In this document: piece by piece, positions 59,764 to 64,000 of the stretch
Numbering within the stretch: the first letter of the stretch is position 1
How the letters are laid out: every line of letters begins with the position of its first letter
DNA from: Heteronotia binoei
Lineage: Eukaryota
Length of the DNA: 64,000 nt
Direction: 5' to 3'
NCBI RefSeq assembly: GCF_032191835.1
Contig: NC_083232.1
Coordinates: 868,001 to 932,000, forward strand
Program-made: the position numbers and the translations under genes
The notes under the pieces: model-generated
Told to the model about the DNA's origin: nothing
What the model saw: only the letters and a program-made list of their open reading frames with translations
The model's database searches: none

Positions 59764-59787
59764 CTGCGGCAGCCCCTCTCCGGCCAT
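59764..59787 (-). CDS. REPIN1: REPIN1-like exon 1 coding part (MAGEGLPQ)
   Basis: gagATGgcc...CAG|GTAGGC, phase 0 into the KRAB-A exon. The four exons sum to 1731 nt = 576 aa + stop. Confidence 0.7.
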
Positions 59788-60081
59788 CTCGCCCGCCCGC
59801 CCGGCAGCCGGGGGGGGGATGGGGGGGAAGGTGCGGTCCTCCGCCGGAGCCTGCAGAGAGGGGGCGGGTTGGGGGTCCTGGAGCCCCCCTCCCCTCCCCG
59901 CAGCTGGACGGCGGAGTCGGGGAGGGTTGCCGCAGTGTCTCTGCACGGGAGGCAGCAAGCAGGCGGCCGGCGGCGGCAGAGAGGGCTCCCCTCCCGGGCT
60001 GCGGCTGCTCCGCCGACCCGCCTGTCAGCTCGGCTGCCTGCTCTTTTGTTAGCCTTTGAAGATTTACACTCCCGCACGGCC

Positions 60082-60099
60082 TGCTGGGAACTGTAGTCC
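60082..60099 (-). promoter_or_regulatory. ZNF143/THAP11 (SBS) motif
   Basis: The minus strand reads GGACTACAGTTCCCAGCA, matching ACTACAnnTCCCAG. Confidence 0.75.
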
Positions 60100-62002
60100 G
60101 CCGCCCCGAGGAGGAGGAGCAAGCGAGAGCCCCGCCCCCCCGCCCCCCCGTTGCTCAGCCTTCAGCGCTGCCCTCCAAAGGCGCAGGGGCCGCAACAGAA
60201 CAAAGAGACGCTCAAGAGAGGGTTGCAAAAAACTTCACCGTGCAGAAGGTCACGAGGCCATCAGAACTGGAAGGAAGCCCGCTGAGCTTCGATTGTCGCA
60301 CCAGAAGCCGGGATGAGAGCAAACGAAGGCAAAAAAGACTCCTTCCCCGCTCCGGCTAGCTTTCAGTGGGCAGACAAGGACCAGATGTGCTCGGGTCTCG
60401 CTTCTTCCCGCAGGGCACCAGCAAATTCTTTTGGAACAGGGAACCCTTGAAGCGTGTCCAGGCTGGGCCGGCTCTAGACCGTCTGGCGCCCTCCCCCCTG
60501 CATGGAAACATCACGGAGTCACATGGAGGGGGCCCAACTTGGCACCCCCAGAAGGCCAGCACCCTAGGCAATTGCCTAGTTTGCAAAGCGGCAAAGCCAG
60601 CCCTGTGTCCAGTCGACACCATGGATGGTAAAGCATCCATTCCAGCCTTGGGGACCTTCAACGTGTACAAATGTCTTGGTATTTAATGCTGAAAAGGTAG
60701 TCCCAGGGCCTCAGGAGAACAAACATGTTGGGCACCAACATGCCCAGTTCTTTAAATACAGCCCTGGGTTATTTTATAAAGCTCATTAGCAGGTGAACCT
60801 GCAGTCACGTCCACTGGTAAATTCAAAGTACACGACTTAGAAGCCATGAGATTTTCACATTTGAATTGCTCAAAGATGTGGCAGAGGGATATGACAGAGA
60901 GAGGTGATCTTTCACAAGAAACCCACCGGCCTTCCATAGGGCCACAGGACTGCAGTGGGGCTCTGGCCAGCCTGCAGAGGCACTCAAGGGCCTTTGGAGA
61001 CACAGCTTCAGTTAACGCATCAGTTGCCATAACAGCAACTATAATGCAGTGGTCTGAATATCACAGGAGACTCAAGTGATGGCCCCAGGGCTCTTCCTTG
61101 CACTGGCCTGACGGGGGGGGGGGGGGCAGCGGAAACTGCGTCATCTTTATATATGCACCTTTTTAGTTTTCCTCGTTCTAAATTTTATGCCTATACAAAG
61201 GGCGATCCAACTGTGAAGGGCCACCAATATCCCTACCCTGGGGTGGGCGAAAGGAGACACCACTTTGTTCTCTGGGAGTGAGTTGAGTTTGGGGGCACAT
61301 CTGAATCCTCCCCCCACCCCCAAAAGCCTTCAGCGCACCCATCACAGACAGGCCTTTTTCCAGCGGCAAAGAATGCAAATCTCTCTGCTCCCTTCCCTCC
61401 TTCCACTTCCCCTCCTCTCTTCCCCCTGACAAGCAAAGCCACATCTGTGAGTTCACCTTCCTCCAGGCTCTTGGCTGATCAGCTTTGTGGAGGAACAGCT
61501 GGATTCAAGGCCAGCAGCATCTCAGGGACCAACAATACTTCCAGGGTAGAAGCTTTTGAGAGCCCAAAGCACCCTGCGTCTGGTAGGAATCAAACATCCT
61601 TTGAGGAACAGCCAAATATCCCAGTCAGTTATCCCCCCACCCAATCTTGTTCCTATGTCACAGCCAGCAGCAAGTCAAAAAGAGCGAGTCCAGAGCCTTA
61701 AAGACCAACAAAACTGGTGGGAGGGGAGGAGCTTTCGTGAGTCCCTGCTCACTACCTCAGATCCTGAACTGAGAGTGACTCAGAAGCTCAGGTCTGCCCA
61801 CCCATGTTGTTAGCCATTAAGGCACGACTGGACTTTTGCTTGCTGTTTTCTGCGGCTACAGACTAAGACAGCTACCCACAGTGATCTTGTAGCAAGTAAA
61901 GTTAAATAGCCCAGATTATTGAACTACACCAGAGTGCTCCATTTTGTAGGGTTTGAGGGGGAACATTTGCAACCACAAAGAGTTCCATACATCAGGCTGC
62001 TA

Positions 62003-62202
62003 GGTAAAGGTAGTCCCCTGTGGAAGCACCGGGTCATTACCAACCCATAGGGTGACGTCACGTCATGACATCTTCTTGGCAGCCTTTTTGTTATGGGGTG
62101 GTTTGCCATTGCCTTCCCCTGTCATCTACGCTTTCCTCCCAGCAAGCTGGGGACTCATTTTACTGACCTCGGAAGGATGGAAGGCTGAGTCACCCTTGAG
62201 CC
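62003..62202 (-). mobile_element. Sauria SINE, 5' truncated
   Basis: ggtaaaggtagtcccctg...ggaaggatggaaggctgagtc. Confidence 0.85.
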
Positions 62203-62214
62203 GACCATTTGAAC

Positions 62215-62670
62215 CCTTTTTTTAAAATATCTTTATAAATGATTTGGATGAAGGAATAGAGGGAATGCTTATTAAATTTGTGGGTAATACTAAATTGGGA
62301 GGGGTTGCAAATACAGTAGAAGACAGAGTCACGATCCAGGATGATCTTGACAGGCTGGAAAACTGTACTGAAACGAACAAACTGAATTTTAACAGGGATA
62401 AATGTAAAGTTCTGCATTTAGCTAGGAAAAATCCAATGCATCATTATTGGATGGGGAGACTTGTTGGGGTCTTAGACTAGTGGACCATATGCTGAACATG
62501 AGTCAGCATTGTGGCGTGGTAGCTGAAAAGGCAAGTGTGATTTTGGGCTGTACCAACAGATGCATGGGTGTCCAGATCATGCAAAGTGATAGCATCACTT
62601 GACTTTAGATGAGGTTAGACCTCATCTAAGTATTGTGGTCAGTTCTGGGCACCACAATTTAAGAGGGATA
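62215..62670 (+). mobile_element. CR1 RT fragment
   Basis: [19 protein letters not shown]...[10 protein letters not shown], the same subfamily as 17975-21125. Confidence 0.9.
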
Positions 62671-63689
62671 TAGACCAGAGGTGTCAAGGATGCGGCATGT
62701 GGGCTACAACTGTCCCCTGCAGGTCTGGTGTCTGGCCCAAGCAACTGGCTGCCTCTTGCTTCCCTTCCTTCTCCCAGTCACTACTGCTGCCATGCCTCTC
62801 TTCTTCCTTTAGGGAGGGGGGGGGGGGAAGGGGAAGGAAAAAGAAAGCGCACGCACGTGCAGCAGAGAAAAGCTCCCTCCACTGGGACTGCTCTCTTCCA
62901 AGCCTCTTCCCTCCTTTGGAGAAGAAATTAGGGGGGGACAGAAAAGAGTACGCACGTGCACCAGAGAAAAGCTCCCCTGCCCTCTTCTCCTTTCTCCAGT
63001 TGGGGCTATTGCTGCATTGCCAAGTCTTTCTTCCCTCATTGGGAGGGAGAGAGGTGGAAAGAAAGGCAGGGGGCACGCAAGGAAAGGGAGTCCTGTCCCA
63101 TGGGCCCTTAAAACCCACACGTTTTATTCCAGGTATTTCCTGGGCTGTGGAGGAGATTCTTCTGACAAGCCCTGCTCTGCTGTTTGCTTTGAGTCACCTC
63201 ACCTGGTCACACCTACAAGCAGATTGAAAAAGGAAGGAGGGCATGAAAGAGACGGGACAAGGGGAAATAAAGGGGAATCATTTTGACTTATTCGGAAAAG
63301 TTTTTTAAAAAAAATATTAGACTTCTACCTATCTAGGATTTCATTCTCTTTCAAAAAGACCCTGAATAAGAATTACAATGCTTGGATTGGATCCCATGGT
63401 TGAATGACTGGAGGGAGATGGTGAAGTATTTAGAAATACCTTTCGCATCAGTAGCAGAGTGTGGATTGTCCTGTCTGAAAGCAACACACTATTTAACTTG
63501 GAGAGCTCACCCTTTCCTCTTCTAACAGATGGAAAAAAAGATACCAAACAGCACAGCTTGCAATCTTTATTAGAGGGCAAGAGTCCAGGGGCACCTTAAT
63601 GACTAACAAAATTTGTGGCGGGACATAAACCTACATGAGGTACTGCTCACTTCTTCAGATACTGCTTGAATGTGATAGATCCAAGCAGG

Positions 63690-63795
63690 ATCCAGCCTTG
63701 TCTGATCTGAAGTGTGCTTAAGAGCACACGAAAGCTTACGTTCTAAATAAAAATTGGTTGGTCTTAACGGTGCAACTTGACTCCTGCTTTGCTTG
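63690..63795 (+). mobile_element. Penelope-like 3' end with disrupted hammerhead core
   Basis: tgt-ctgatctga-a-gtgtgct-taag-agcacac-GAAA-gctt-acg. A tctga duplication breaks CUGANGA. Confidence 0.7.
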
Positions 63796-63844
63796 AATGT
63801 GAGTCCAGCTGTCTTTATAGTGGTTTCAGATGCCAAATAATGAT

Positions 63845-64000
63845 AGTAGCCATTGGTAATGAGAGAAGAAACCTGGGTCTCAATTCCCCCCAGGAGGATG
63901 CATGGAGCTTCATTATCAGTTGCAATTCAGCATTCTAATCCCCCTCTGAAATCTTTAGCAAGAGAATTGCTACTCTTAGATCACCGACTGAATGCCCTGG
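63845..64000 (-). mobile_element. Penelope-like GIY-YIG C-terminal remnant
   Basis: The reverse complement is homologous to 12480-12600 (gctgaattgcaactgataatg...catcctcctgg). Confidence 0.7.

Larger units (their letters stand above)
59300..60330. promoter_or_regulatory. CpG island / promoter of the REPIN1-like gene
   Basis: High CpG density with GC boxes. Confidence 0.75.

Overview
Vertebrate genomic DNA from a squamate reptile. The Sauria/Squam1 SINEs, Squam3-like SINEs, CR1, L2 and Penelope-like elements suggest a gecko, which is an inference. Four CpG islands each head a minus-strand gene. From right to left: (1) a complete four-exon KRAB-C2H2 gene whose fingers match REPIN1 (59787-56320, 576 aa as I splice it); (2) a ZNF775 orthologue with 11 fingers (last exon 45291-43592); (3) an unidentified C2H2 gene with several decayed fingers (last exon 26979-26105); (4) a 33-codon first coding exon at 6482-6383, too short for the ORF track, that matches the N-terminus of the stonustoxin/verrucotoxin perforin-like pore-forming family. 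The intervening DNA is repeat-dense. Notable structures are: tandem arrays built from SINE heads, SINE tails and CR1 tails; five Penelope 3' ends with minimal hammerhead-ribozyme motifs; an LTR+PBS fragment closed by an inverted copy of its own first 35 bp with a 5-bp TSD; and a ~300-bp foldback palindrome. There is a 218-bp assembly gap at 13367-13584. Family assignments come from recalled motifs, not database searches. Repeat boundaries are approximate unless a TSD or splice site is quoted.
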